From the NCBI GenBank assembly GCA_035084275.1, contig CM068756.1, positions 9,300,001 through 9,364,000 on the forward strand: a stretch of DNA of 64,000 nucleotides, given 5' to 3'. The DNA comes from Hydrolagus colliei (Eukaryota). Shown piece after piece: positions 41,680 to 55,235 of the stretch; position 1 is the first letter of the stretch, and each line of letters starts with the position of its first letter. A program made the translations under genes and the position numbers. The notes under the pieces were generated by a model. That model worked only from the letters and a program-made list of their open reading frames with translations. It did no database searches and was not told the origin of the DNA.

Positions 41680-41830
41680 TTATTATAAATGGATGAATGT
41701 ACAATGTTAGACAGTTATAGGAGATGGGAACAGAAGCAGTGGAGGCTAGTGTGGAATATAAATACCGGCACAGATTAGTTATGCCGTATGGCTTGTTTCC
41801 ATGCGGTATTAATCTTTGTAATTCCATGTG
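41680..41830 (+). mobile_element. CR1 3' end relic
   Basis: ...ataccggcacagattagttatgccgtatggcttgtttccatgcggtat...tgtaattccatg. Confidence 0.55.
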
Positions 41831-41973
41831 CAAACTGTAATCCTTGTGTGCTTTTGGCACAATTCAAGCTGCTTTTGGTATTTATGGAACTAGATTGCAG
41901 AGTAGGAGGGAATGAATGGCCACACATTTGGTTCCTGACTGTGTATTGAATTTATGTAGAAGTTTAAGCACTA

Positions 41974-42348
41974 TGGAGTCCTGTAGCTCAGTGGTTAGAG
42001 CACTTGCATTGTAAGCAAGAGATCTGAGTTCGATTCCTGGCAGGGTTTAATGCTGGGCAAATTTCCTTAGTCCACACACCACTGTTTACCTAGCAGTAAG
42101 TAGGAACTCAGTTGTTAGTTGCTTCGTGAATAGCTTTTCCGTTATAATAGTACCTAAAAAAAAACAATAATAGTTTGGTCACTCAATCTGTTTGGGGGGT
42201 CACTGCTGTACGAAATTGGCTGCCGCGTTTCACCCCCAAATGTACAGTCAATTCACTTTATAGCAAATTCTGTGAAGCACTTTGTGATGTCTAGAAGACA
42301 TGATCAGGCACAAAATCAAATGCAAGGATTGTTATTATTATTATTATT
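41974..42348 (+). mobile_element. Full-length SINE (long variant): tRNA head, central domain, L2-like tail
   Basis: A box TAGCTCAGTGG, B box GTTCGATTCC, central ctgtttacctagcagtaagtaggaac segment, (ATT)n tail. Confidence 0.9.
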
Positions 42349-45293
42349 CCCAATGTGTTAACCTTTCTCTTTCTTGTTTGCCTACAAAATACACAGTTAA
42401 GTTACTACATTTTCCAACCTATCCTTTAACACCTCCTCCAGACTTGAAAAGCCCTACATGAAATGTAAAGATTATTATTTTGATGCGAATGACCTGCAGT
42501 GCTCGTCAAGCACCTTTCTTTTATTTAGAATTTCCAGCACTTGAAGTTTTCCTTTTAGATCTTGAAATGGTGTCACTTCCTGGTACCATGTGTCAGATTT
42601 CACAAAGCTAACACGTTTTAAAACGGAGGTCTGCTCCTTCCAGAATACACCGTATCATCCCTTTGTAATAGCTCCATCCCAGACACTTTTAGAACACTGC
42701 AGATTCCCATCATATTTATTTTCAATTGGAGAAAGTTTAAAGAAATGAAGTTGAAAAAACACACCATAAAGATTGGAAAGCACTTCGCCCTAATATTTTT
42801 TGAAGTTGGGTCATTACCTGGTTAGAATATCCACATCACATAACTTGTAAATAAGCTGTGATTGCAATTAAATGTGATATAGCTATTTCAATGTTGGAAC
42901 TGCATTTCTTCTTTAACCAGAGAAAGATAATAGTGCACAAGGCAATTTTTTTTTAACAAAGGTATGTTTCAGATGCTTCCAAGTGTGAATATGTCCCAAA
43001 TATGTATGAGAAATAAGCACAGATTAAGACCCATCTAGCCATTACAATGTTGGTTGGTTGGGGAGGGGGTGAGACAATATGAAGGCAGCTACATTGTACA
43101 TCAATAAACTGTAGAGCAGGCTTACTTTTGGATTCTTAACTTAATTTTCTCACCAAAATGACCATTGATGATGAATTTCAAATTGATGATAGAGATGCCT
43201 ACGTATAAGGTGCCTACGTATGCTTTTAGCTATCCCGACAGATAATTGCTAGATTGACATTTTGGGAGATGGAAAAAAAATGAAGAGGCAACTCGTTCTC
43301 ATTATGGAACACCTTTCGAAATGCAGTCTGTAGCAATTTGAAGTTATGCAAGATGAAGGAATCAGAGTTCAAAACATCATGGCAAAAAAAGAAAGGTAGC
43401 AGAGCGGACAACAATTTGAGTTCCACATCAAAAACAAAGAGAATTTGAGGGAAAACAGAAATATAAAGGTTTAGATTAAGTCATGTAGCCAAGTGGCACC
43501 CGCAGTTCAGTTACACTAAAACTACTGAAAATTAAGAACACGTAAATGCTTCAATTAGTTGAAAACTTATTGCTCCTTTGGTTATTTCTGCACTTGGGGG
43601 TTAAGTACAGTTTTTAAAAAAATACTGTGCTGACTTGGCAATCCTGATCTTGACTGCCATGGAAACCAGCGAGATAGTCTTCCAGGATTTCATAAGGCTT
43701 GCCAACCATGGATTGATGAGCTCGTTTCATCAATCCTGATTTTATCCTACAGTAGATGTGGTACAGCAAGTCTCTAAATATGTAGTGGAACAAAGTAATT
43801 CAGATGTGAATCAGCGATTCTTTAATACCTTTGCTAGGATTATGTTCAAAGCATTAGTTAAACAAATAGCAAAATCAATGAAGGTCATATGTCCTGGATC
43901 AATGGTGATCGAAACCTCTGAAGTTTTGTTGATATACATTACTAACTAAGGAGCAAATGCAGGACTCCTTACCTTTTTTTAAATATAAAGGTGCAGACAA
44001 ATATTTCAGGTGGCATATAATAACTGAGGTGTCAGGTGACAATCTAAAGGCTGTGGTGGAAGATGGTACACAAGTGGCACATTACTGGAACCATCAAAAT
44101 AAATTGGCCTATGAGAATTACCGAGATTGAATACAAGCTGATCCATTTACCAATGATGTATCCTATGATCCTGATCTCTGTCTATGTTTGTAGTCTCAGC
44201 AGCTGGGTTGCAGGGACCAGCTATCCCTGGTGCATCTCCTACGCAGTCAAAGGGGAAACTTGCAGGTCAAATACTAATTTGCTTATGAACACCTTAATTC
44301 CCCAATGTCAACAGTTGTGGGAAATTGGATCAAATGATGTCTTTAGAACTCTAGTGAGTAAAGAGCAAGATATACAGACCAGTAGATGATTGTAACTGGA
44401 AAGCAGTTGGGGTTTTAAGATAGATTTCCGAATTTTAACATGGATTTGAAACAAACTTCTCTGAAGAATAGACTTACTCAGACATCAATGACAAATTGAA
44501 GTAATATGTATTCTCAGAATTGGCCCGCAGAACATTTAAACCACATTAAAGTAAATTAAAGTATTTGACCATAATTAGAATAAGTAATGCTCGACTTTGT
44601 GATGGAATAAATAATTCCTCTTTTGTGTCAAACATCACCCATTAAATAATGTGTATTTTTACATTCACTATTCCGTTTTTTTTTCCTTGTTTGCAGCAAA
44701 ACATTTGCCCCTTTTCTATTTAGCATCACGTTTCTCCAGTCAGGAAGCAGGAAGTGTTGGTCGCTGACTTCACTACAACTCCTGTCAATATTTCTCCATG
44801 ACTGGCCAGCAGGAAGTGTGATTTGAGCAATGTCCAGGGTTTTTGTTTACACTGGAACCTTAATTTTGAAACAAAAACTGTTTTTGTAATGTGCCAAGCA
44901 CTCATTGAAAGCAACAAGGGTGTTTTATGTGGATAACTTTGAATTGGGTTCATTTCAGCACCCTATCTGTGCTGATTTTCTACAAAAACAGCAAACCCAC
45001 TTCTTTGTTCCTCTACATCAGGATAACAGCCTCTATAAACTAAGACATGAAGCCAAGACCGAGTAACCTCATAATGGGGAGGGCTGGGAAAAACTACAGA
45101 CTTCTTGAGCCTTACCAAGTGACTTTGCAAGCAACAATCTTTTGTCAAATCCTGAGTATTCATAGAGACTGCGCAGTAAGAATCTTCCAAAGTGTAATAT
45201 TTATTTTTTGTATGTAACTATGTCCTAAAAACTGAACTTATTTCAAAATATATTTCAAAGATAGAAGTAAGATTTTTTAATTGAAGTTATAAA

Positions 45294-45800
45294 TAATAAT
45301 AATCCTGGAATTTGATAGAGCGCCAGATAATAAACCCTCAAAACAAGTTGGTAATTTCAACCCACAACTGTTTGTGGGACACTGCTGTGCGCAATTGGCT
45401 GCTGCATTTCACCCCCAAATATACAGTCAATTCACTTTCCAGGATATTCTGTGAAGCACTTTGAGATTTCTAGAAGACATAAAAAGCATTATATCAAATG
45501 CAAGCATTATTATCACATCTTCATCACATCTCAAAGTGATTCACAGAATATAGTGTAAAGTATGTATCTTGTGGATGAAATGTCCCAACACACAGCAGTG
45601 TCCCACAAACAATTGTGGATTGAGTGACCAAAATATTTAATTATTACCCCCAGAAAAGCAATCTGCCAATGCACTAACAACTGGGTTCCTATTTACTGCT
45701 AGGTAAACAGAGGCATAAGGAAACTTGTTTAGTGTTTTGCCCTGCCCGGGAATCAAACCAAGATCCCCTCGCCTGAGAGGCAAATGCTGTTTGGTCACCC
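45294..45800. mobile_element. Nested SINEs: minus-strand long SINE split by a plus-strand truncated SINE (about 45345-45512)
   Basis: Minus copy tail at 45294-45322 resumes at about 45513 (tcacatcttc...). The intervening plus copy has its own attattat tail. Confidence 0.75.
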
Positions 45801-45930
45801 TACTGCCCTCCCCTCTCTCCCCTCCAACCCTCCTAATCTCAACCACCAGCTCGGGTGCGGATCCATGACTGTCCAGCGCCTTGGGACTCCTGGCATCCCA
45901 AATTACTATACAAGTGTGATTTGTTGTTGT
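45800..45930 (+). mobile_element. L2 3' UTR/tail fragment
   Basis: C-rich stretch then ccagcgccttggga...caagtgtgatttgttgttgttg. Confidence 0.65.
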
Positions 45931-48900
45931 TGTCCTCAGTTAATGTTCAAACACTTGCCATTTGCAGAAGGAGGTAATTGGCAAGCGATCATGAGCAGTC
46001 CCTGTTTTCCCCCTTTATATTCGAGACCAATTCTGGAATCCTTTCTCTGAGTGAAAGAGATCCACCTAATTCTGCACAGGAATAGGAATCAGACCTCCCT
46101 AGGTTTATAGTTCAATATTAAATACGTACAGTGCTGCAACATCAAACGATGAGGCTCCCCCAGCACTGCACTGTGTTGTGCTGAATCAGCAATTCACATC
46201 ACACTGTACACAATTCACAAGTTTGTACACAAACTTCTTGTTACGTCAACATAAAATGAGCAACAAGGAGAGAAGATGTTGAGATGTGTTGTGTTTGAGC
46301 AGCATCCATTCACAAGCCAAATACAGTGCAGGTTTGATCACCTGGCACACATGATCAAACATTAAAGGTCATTACATGTTCATGTTTTCATGATACAGTA
46401 CTGTATATAGAAATGTTTTGTACAGAATTGTCAAACGTCACTTTTCAGGCCACGGAAACATTAGATGTGAAGATTTAATGGGTAAATCTCGCTCCCACTT
46501 GTGAAACAAATCGATCAAGTGGAAGATGTGAGAGTAAGGTTTCGGCACATCTATATTAAAGCAGCGAACTATAATTAAGAAGGCTTGTCAGAGGAAAACA
46601 GTAAAATGCAGCAGAGTGAATAGAAAACATTATAGTAAACCAAGAGGAGACTGCTGCAATTCATCTGATGTAGTGAGTTTTTATTTCTATAGAAGGCTGT
46701 GTTTTAAGATCTTAAGTCTTGTGACCTTAAAACAAATAATTAAGCCTTTGAAAATACAAAAAAAAGTGAGTTCATTAGCTTTACTTCAACAATAACTACT
46801 CTACTGCCAAGCTTTCAGAGACAAGGCTGGCTTCCTTTTAAGTAATTGATGTAGACTTTCTTTAGTGGCTAGGCTAGACAACTGCTCAAACGTCAGTCAG
46901 GAAATCAGACCGTCAAAGGAAAACGGTGCATTCCTTTCACGTGGCCTGGGTCAGGCTAGCAATACACTGAATTTATGTTGCTTCTGTCAAGTGCTTACAT
47001 TGTCATGCCCTCCTGTTGCTTAGATAAAGAAAGTGTTCCTTCTACAATGTGAGGCTGTGTCAAATATAACTCCAGCTAAGTTTCTGACAAAATCTGCTCC
47101 TGTCTCCCTGAATTGAGCAAATGAATCTGCGTTTTACAGTTTGAAAGCTGAAGGGGTTATTGGATATCACCCGGGGAGCACAAAGCGAATACGTTCTCAA
47201 TTCTCGCTGACCTTGTGTGCATTTCCCTTGCAAACTGTCTAGGCCTTCAGCCTTCATTTCTCATTCTCTCTGTGGTAGCACAGGAAGGACAGCTCGGGCT
47301 TTCTGTCCAGGCCAAACAGATCGGGTTTTGTTAAAAAGCTTCTTTAACCAGAAACGGAAGGGAATACTGTGAGCAAACTGGAAACTGGCAGAGCTATAAC
47401 TTTTCATGGTCCACAACTCAATGTCAATATGCAAAAATTCTTCTTATTCCTGGCACAGTGGCTGACACTCAGTGCACTGTTACACATTTTCCCACAGTTA
47501 CTCTTATCCCATGTCCAAAGGTCAAAGGAAACAATTTTGGTTTTAAAAATACAAAAGAGGTCATCTGCAGAAGCAGAAGTCACTCAGTTTAAAAAGAGCA
47601 AAAGTATCCGAACAGTTTAAAGAAACAGAATCTCCATCTATTTGTGTAACTAAGGTGTACTTTACTAACTGCAGCAGAAGAAGAAATGTAAAGCTCATTG
47701 TTCTGGAAACCTCAATTCCCAACGTTGCTTTAAAACATTCTGCTCACTGTTTCCTGCACTTTTATTTCTTCTTACTATCAGAATACCTCATTGGTGTCTT
47801 CAATCCTAGATTTAATAGTCTGGAAGAATCTCCATCTCTGGAGATTTCTTTTAAAAAAACAAAAACAAAAATGACTGCTGATTTCCAAACTAAAACAATG
47901 ATTACAATTCACAACGCGAGACTCTCTGAGGGTTGGTAAATTTATGGGCGAGAACATCTTATTCTCCACTGGTCTGTAAATTTACAGACATTCGTGGTTG
48001 GAGTTTATAATGGTGGGGGGGGGAATCCCATTATTAGCTCTTGCTGCCAAGGTCTGTAAATTTAAAGATCAGCAGAGAATATGATTTGCTGGCCAAGATC
48101 TGCAGATTTGACAACCATTAGAGAATCATCTCTTTATAGTTCACACTTATATGTGTCTGTTTGCTTTCATTAAGAAGCTAGTTTGCATGTTATTCCCTTT
48201 TTTTTAAGTAAGGAAAGGGGTATCATATTGTTCAGGCATCAATCAACTTGACTGTTCCCACCTTGGGAAAGAGAACTTGTAGTCTTGGAAATGAAGTTAG
48301 GCTGCAGGGAAGCTGGAATTCTAGCAAACTGTGTTGAATCAGAATCTGCAGAAACGTTTAAAAATAATTAACGCTCCGTGGTAGAAATATAACTCAAACG
48401 ATTTTGACTGCAGCCAAGTTGCATACCTTCGAGTCAAAATGGATAAAATAGTCGTTTCTTCCTCACCAAGAAATATGATGTAATTGTCGGAGCCAAAATG
48501 TGAAGAAGGCTCCCGTGGAACCAAGTCTGGTGCAGTGTAACAAAAGAAACTAACATTATGATGTACCCAATAAAACTTTCCATTAAGGGATTAGGGAATT
48601 CTAAATCTTCAATTTAAGTTTGAAAAGGACTGGTCGGTTAAGCAGAGTGTTATAATAAGTAGCATTGATGCAGAAATTTCCAAACATGAGGCCATCATTG
48701 TGTGACCTTTCGTTGCTTTGTGTTGAGAAACACGATGCTTCCTGATCCCCAAAGAGGCAACTGGTCAATAATGTATTATTAATAACAGAGTAGCAAAGGT
48801 CAGGATCAAAAACAAGTTTAAGAACAGGCCAGGGCTCAGACTGAAGTGGATTAATTGTACAGCCTTTTCACAGCTATTTCAACGGTCAGCTAACTGGAAA

Positions 48901-50043
48901 GCCAACCAGTGTCAGGTTCACCATTTTCTTTTTGGTTAACCATTTTCTACTGCAACAAATCTTTGTCGGAGAAATTCCGCATGGATCGAGATCTACTCTA
49001 TGTAGCATTTTAGCGTGTCCAGAATTTGGGATTTTATTGAATTTAGTCTTAACTATGAAGTCAGTCTTCTATATTTTTTATTGGAACTTACAGAAAGCTA
49101 GCTTAAAATTAAGATGTACTGGAGAATTTTTTGCCAAATTCTGGATTCTCTAAAACACTACAAAGATTGAGTAAATTTCTACTTAGTGCAATTTCTCCCC
49201 ACTTGAACTTTCCCGTCCTTATATGTGATTTAAGATACATGATAATATGTAATGCATTAAAAAGTACTATTTCAATTAATTTCTTGAAATTGATTGTCAT
49301 TAAGAACTGGCTGCTGTAATATATTCTAAACTTGACAGCCTCATCAAACATTTCAGATAAAATACTCAGTGAACATTAGAAGTGTACTTTAATACAACAA
49401 GGAGTTAAATCTTGCAAACAAGCAAATATGTTTTATGAATGAGAAAAATCCAAAATTATACCATTTTACAAAAAAACAGGAAGCTTATTGATGAATACTT
49501 GAAACTGAATAGAAACATCTGAAAGCAAACTCCAGGAGATCAGAGGCTGGAATAAGTAAGTAGGCAGTTGATGGTTTCAACAAAAGTCAGTCAGAGCATT
49601 TTGTAAACTCTAAACTTTGTACTAATTATATAGTACAATATTATGACAATTAAGATTTTTGATTACTTGCTCTCAAGAATTACTCTGATAGTAAATTAGA
49701 TTAGAAGATATACCTTAAGTTGATTAGGAAGCTGTTTTCAAAATATAATGAATTGTAAATATTCATTTAATATTTGAAGTATTTTCTTGTCTCGATGGCT
49801 TCCTGAGTTAGGGGGTATGTTAATGCAACTGCAATTAGTTTAGTCTGTTTAGCAAATCTGCAAAGGCAGTTAAAGGAATAGTAGAAAATATGAATTTGTT
49901 GTGTATAAAGAAAACATCTTAGCAAATATCCACCAGAATATAACTGACTTGTTCAATACATAATCTAATATATATACCATTTTGATTTCTGTAATAATGT
50001 AACATTAAAATTATATCTTGAAAATGCCACAAATATGACTTAC

Positions 50044-50106
50044 ATTGACAGATGAAGTTGTAATACTTTGAAGGTCATCATCAGTTCCTTCTTGGTCAGT
50101 ATCACC
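50044..50106 (-). CDS. sowah: Internal coding exon (63 nt, phase 0/0) of intron-containing Sowah ankyrin-repeat gene: GDTDQEGTDDDLQSITTSSVN
   Basis: Minus strand reads tgtttgtttgtttcgtgcag|GGT GAT ACT...GTC AAT|gtaagt, a strong acceptor and consensus donor. It joins in frame to LDPLEHDW, reproducing the acidic linker plus S-V-x-L-D-P-x-E-H-x-W motif that precedes the ankyrin repeats in Sowah proteins. Confidence 0.85.
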
Positions 50107-51639
50107 CTGCACGAAACAAACAAACATTTAATTTTACAATTTTACCTAGTTTTCTGCATTGCCATTCTCTTCATGAAAATCAAATAAGACAGAAAATGAC
50201 TCATCATGTTTTTGAAATTGTTTTCTATCATGGAATAGGCAGCGATGTGGGTCAGCACACAGACTTTTCAATGAGTTTGAATACAAATTGATGTGCCAAC
50301 TGTAAGGGTCCAAAGTGTAATAACTTTGCGCAGTTTAAATCTACCCACACAGCATACAATACACAGTGCAGCACAAATTGTCTGTCTCCCTCAATCAGAG
50401 CTGCCTTAAAGATGGGTTGCTTAAGTGAAAATATTCACGTAATTCACACAAATGTGGAAAGGAACAGCGCTTCTCAAGTTTGAGATAGGGCACATTGTTG
50501 AAGCTGAGCAGACGTTTCTCTCTGAACTGCACCCAACTTAGAATGCTACTTATATGGCCCCAGCAAATGGGTTTTGTTTCGCATCATTGTCATCCTGCAC
50601 CTTTAACTTTTTTTTAAAAGCACAGTACTGTATTTTGCATGATTTTGATTGAGTGATATCAAGATATAATCTTGACACAAAAGATTTGACAAAAATCAAA
50701 ATTGACTTCTCAGAAAAAAACTACAGCTGTTTCCATTTAGCAGCAATGTATTACCAGGTGCAGGAAAACATTCAAATTATATATGCAACATATAGTGTGG
50801 TTCAGTGGTGAAATAAGTCTGAGACCGGAATCAGAGTCAGTGGTATATATAATATATATGTATAAGTATATAGCAAGCCTAACTTTGGTTGGGTCAGTGG
50901 GCAGAGTACAGTACTGTATTGAAAGGATGGGAGGCACTTTGTCAACAGGATGAAGGGAAATTGTCCAGTGTTCCAAATAACACCCTATCAGTTGGTCACA
51001 GAGTGGTACTGATAGAGGCTATGGAGATATGGTATCTGCAGATGCTCACTTTCCCCTTTCAAAATAAAGCCGGGCTGCATAACCTGAAAAGGCTATAAAA
51101 AGAGAGGAAGGAAATGGGAATAAAAATACATTGGAAAAAACAGTAACAACGTTGGAATGACTGACGTGTTCAAGGAGCAGACAAATAATTGTACTACAAT
51201 ACTGCAACTTTCAGCATGTACTGTGGCCAACCAAATTAATTTGCTCCTATTACACAATATTAAAAAAAACATTCTTGTGAAGCCAAAACCTAATTCAACT
51301 GAAATGCATTCATCATCAATTTCCAAACATCTTTGAATGTCTGATTGCAATGATATATTGCCTCTCAGCTTACCATTTCAATGTGTAATTCAGTAAAGAA
51401 TATCACCTTAACCAGCCTTTGTTTTCAAAAGAGAATCACTAATTATTATGTTATACATTGTCAAAGCATGTAGTCACTAAAAAGGCAATTCTTCCCGAAA
51501 TGCTGTTTTTCACAATATAGTGCATATGGAAGATGATTTAATGTAGACGGTTTACAGAAATCTTCATTTAATTTTTATGAATGTTCTTCATGAGAAATTT
51601 TGATAACAATACACAGTATCTCTAAACTGGCCAAGTAAA

Positions 51640-52138
51640 TAATAATAATAATCCTTGCATTTGATGTAGTGCTTTTCATGTCTTCTAGACGTCTCAAAGC
51701 ACTTCACAGAATATACTGAAAAGTGAATTGACTGTATAGTTGTGGGTGAAACCCGGCAGCCGATTGCGCACAGCAGTATCCCATAAAAAGTTGTGGATTG
51801 AGTGACCAAATTATTATTGGTTTTTTTAAATGTAGAGAAATTATGGCTAAATTAGCATTTACGAAAAGCATCTCAAAGCCCTTCACAAAATATAATGTAA
51901 AGTGAATTGACTGTAATTTTGTGGGTAAAACAAAGCAGTCAGTTGAACACAGTAGGGTCCAACAAACAGTCATGGATTACGTTTTTTTTTGAGGGATTAT
52001 TGTCCCCGGAAAGTGATCTGTCAATCGACTAACAAGCAGATTCCTACTTACTGCTAGGTAAACAGAGGCATGTGGAGTAAGGAAACTTGCCTTAGGTTTC
52101 ACCCATCTGGGAATCAATCCCAGGTTCTCTCACTTGTG
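51640..52138 (-). mobile_element. SINE (long variant) with duplicated 3' half, or two tandem copies
   Basis: Segment tctcaaagc...gtgaattgactgta...aaacagt occurs at both about 51690-51800 and about 51870-51980, followed by the central domain and tRNA head. Confidence 0.8.
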
Positions 52139-54039
52139 AGTTGAGTCAAAGGTGAGGAAAGTCAGATAAATAAAGAAAATGCAATGGAACGATATAAATA
52201 AAAGGAAAAATACCCGAATCTCCCTCCAAAATGCAATATAAAAAATCTTGATTTATGTTATTGTCAGTAAATTATATAGTGGAGATGGATTTATTTAAGT
52301 TTCTTTTAATATAAAAGATATTTTGAGATGTAGAATTTACTCTGAAAAGCACTGAAACACTCAAGAAACAGAATTTTAATTACATCATCCGTGAACTTTG
52401 CAACCAAAAATTCAAGGGATTGGAAACTGTTTTATTTAAAATCGGCCTTCACTGAAAAAATAAAACATATGTGATAGGGCCTGTTGCATGAAGGAGGTAA
52501 GATTTTCACCTCTTAATCACTTGGGAAATGCTACAGGCTTTGTATGCCATTCTGCGTGGCTGGTTTCATACAGTCAGTCCCACTCTGTAGTCATATGTAA
52601 TACCCGGTTTACAATGCCAGGTTTATGCCACGGTGATTCCGGCCCAGATTACACTCTGGCACAATCTTGGCAGTTAACGCTGCTGAAATGGGCACTCATG
52701 AAAATGCACCTCTTCACAGGCTTGATTACACATAATGAGTTTGGAAGTGTTGAAATATAAACAAACAAAAATAAATCACACTATTTATGAAACCTCCAAG
52801 CTAGCGCCTGTGATTTGAATGTATATATTTAACTGCTAAAATTCAATGTTTTAATAGTTAAAATGTTACAAACTTCTATCATGTCAGGCTGTACAGAAAC
52901 AATTTGAGCCTTTTTAAAATGTACTCCCCACCTGAGAAGGTGAACGGATGACCTACTCCAATCCTCTACTAATGTCAGTCTTGATCTAGTCACTTATTAG
53001 TGCAAGAGAAGGAGATTTATCCTCCAATTCTCAACCTCTCACTGCGAGCACATACTTAGAATCAGTCAGTCCTCACTCCAAACAAACTAAGATCAGTAAT
53101 CTGCCGTCCGAGGAACCTGTGCCTCTACCCATACTGTGGCTTGGAGTAGTGGCATATTGAAATAACATTTCAAACATTTTAAACCTTGTACAGTATTTCT
53201 AATGGTTTGGTGTCTGGATGGAGGACGGAGGATTCTTTGAATATTTGCTAGGAATACGAAAGGATAGAAAGTACAAAGTAAATACAAATTTCAGACTAGA
53301 TGGCTTGCCTCTATCACTTTTGAGCACATTCCAATTGGGTTTTTTTGCCACGCAGAAGTAAGCATCTGATTTTGACAGCTGCCCCTGGTTGGTTACTGAA
53401 GAGTCTGCTTGCATACTGTAAACTGCTGGGTTTGGAGCTGCCACAAGATGGAATGTATTCAAAGCTCTGAAAATGCAGTAGGAGTTAGTATAAACTGTTA
53501 TACTCCATTGATAGAAGCCTGATTCAGCTTGTGAATCTAAACTGTTTGAACTGTAAGTTTCCAGTCCACATTACTGTAAACCATACCGACTCACAAAATA
53601 AAGTTTCATGCGAATGACCACTTGATCCTGTCAGTTTAAACTGCCTTATGGCTCATCACCATAATCTCCATAAACGCTTTCCTTACGCTCTCATTGATTG
53701 CTTCCCCTCCCAACACTCTCCCACTAAATAAACCTGTTTTAAAAAAGATTATGTGTGCAAGTCATTAACATGCACATGAATATGTGTTTACGAGTGCACG
53801 CATGTGAGTATAAAGTGTTCTTCGTGCTTCTTTGTGACGCAGCCAAAGCAGCATCAACAGGACAACTCCACAAATTTAATTGTGTGAATTTAACGGCTGA
53901 GTTAGGATTACACAACACCTGGTCGCTGCAAAGTGACGAATTATAAATGTTTTAACTTGCTGACAATTCAGAGAAAAATATTATGCAGTATCTACTAGTT
54001 CCCCCTATAAAATGAACAACAGTGAACGCTGCTACCAAT

Positions 54040-54337
54040 TATAAGAATGCTTGCATTTGATATGGCATTTTTCACGTCTGCTAGATGTCTCAAAGTATTT
54101 TACAGAATATACTATAAAGTGAATTGACTGTATATGTTGTGGGCGTAACGCAGCAGCCACTTGCACACAGGAATGTCCCACAAACGGTCATGGATTGAAA
54201 TGACCAATTTTTTTTTGAGGGATTATTATCAGGTGTGTAGAGTAAGGAAACATTCCCAAGGTTTCACCAAGCCTAGAATCGACCCCAGGTCTCTCACTTG
54301 CAAGGTGACTGCTCTAACAACTAAACTACAGGACACC
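54040..54337 (-). mobile_element. Full-length SINE (short variant)
   Basis: Same family. The head reads ...gctctaacaactaaactacaggacacca on plus. Confidence 0.85.
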
Positions 54338-54679
54338 ACAAGAACAACAGAAAAATAAGAACATTATTTAGTTCAGGCTTCAAACAATATTACCTGGATA
54401 GATTGTGATTACAGTTTTCTTATCTTAAAGCAACATGGCATGTTTTTGGTTGCATTTTTCATTGGGGAGATGGCTCAACGGCCAAATAATTTATTGTACT
54501 GTAATTGCTGATAAGAGTGGATATTCAGTGCTTAAAATCTGCTTTTTCTTGGCAAACACCCAACATTAGTAGAGACGCATGAGGTCAGCCTGATCTAGTA
54601 TAATCCTTCAGAGTTTCCAAGGTTTCAGCTATCCCATGATATGCAAGGTTTTCACTGTTCATATCCTATGAACATAGAA

Positions 54680-55010
54680 TTGCATTTGAGATAGGGCCTT
54701 TCAAATAAAGAGGATGTCCCAAAGCACTTTGAGATTCTCTGTGCATTTATAGCTGAACAAGGCAAACAATTTTTGTGCAAAATCCCACAAGACCATTTTT
54801 TTCTGATGAATTACTGGCCAGGGCACTGGAAGAAATTCCCTTTTCTTTTTGAATTGTGTCACGGCAATCTAAGGCCCAGCTGAGCATGCTGTTGGCACCT
54901 TTGTTTAATGTCTCATCCAATGGCTGGCACCTCCAACTTGCAGTCCTCACCCAGCACTGTATTGGAGTGTGAGTTCAAAGTGCCAACATGGATCTTGAAC
55001 CCATAACGTC
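54680..55010 (-). mobile_element. Older Deu-domain SINE relic (SacSINE/AmnSINE-like)
   Basis: gtttaatgtctcatccaatggctggcacctcc...cagcactgtattggagtgt is the reverse-strand Deu core; L2-like tail at 54680-54730. Confidence 0.65.
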
Positions 55011-55109
55011 TTGATACCAAAAGAGTCGGATTAATGCCTAATTTTAGATTTTTCTCTACTTCTCTTTGCTAAGTGTGCAACTGAGCCATTTTAATATCAA
55101 CAGAACTCG

Positions 55110-55235
55110 TTGGGTCGTGAAGCCTGAACATTGACTCAAGTTTCCTTTCTCCATAGATGCTGCCTGACCTGCGAAGTGTACCCAATGATTTCTGTTTTTG
55201 TTTCATATTTCCAGCATCTGCAGTACTTTATGTTT
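55110..55235 (+). mobile_element. Penelope-like shark repeat terminus
   Basis: ctccatagatgctgcctgacctgc...tttctgtttttgtttcatatttccagcatctgcagta. A decayed copy occurs at about 42480-42550. Confidence 0.55.

Noticed and set aside
41974-42045. tRNA gene
   Set aside because: A and B boxes continue into the SINE body and tail and the cloverleaf is incomplete. It is a SINE head, as at 18450, 54337 and 62194.
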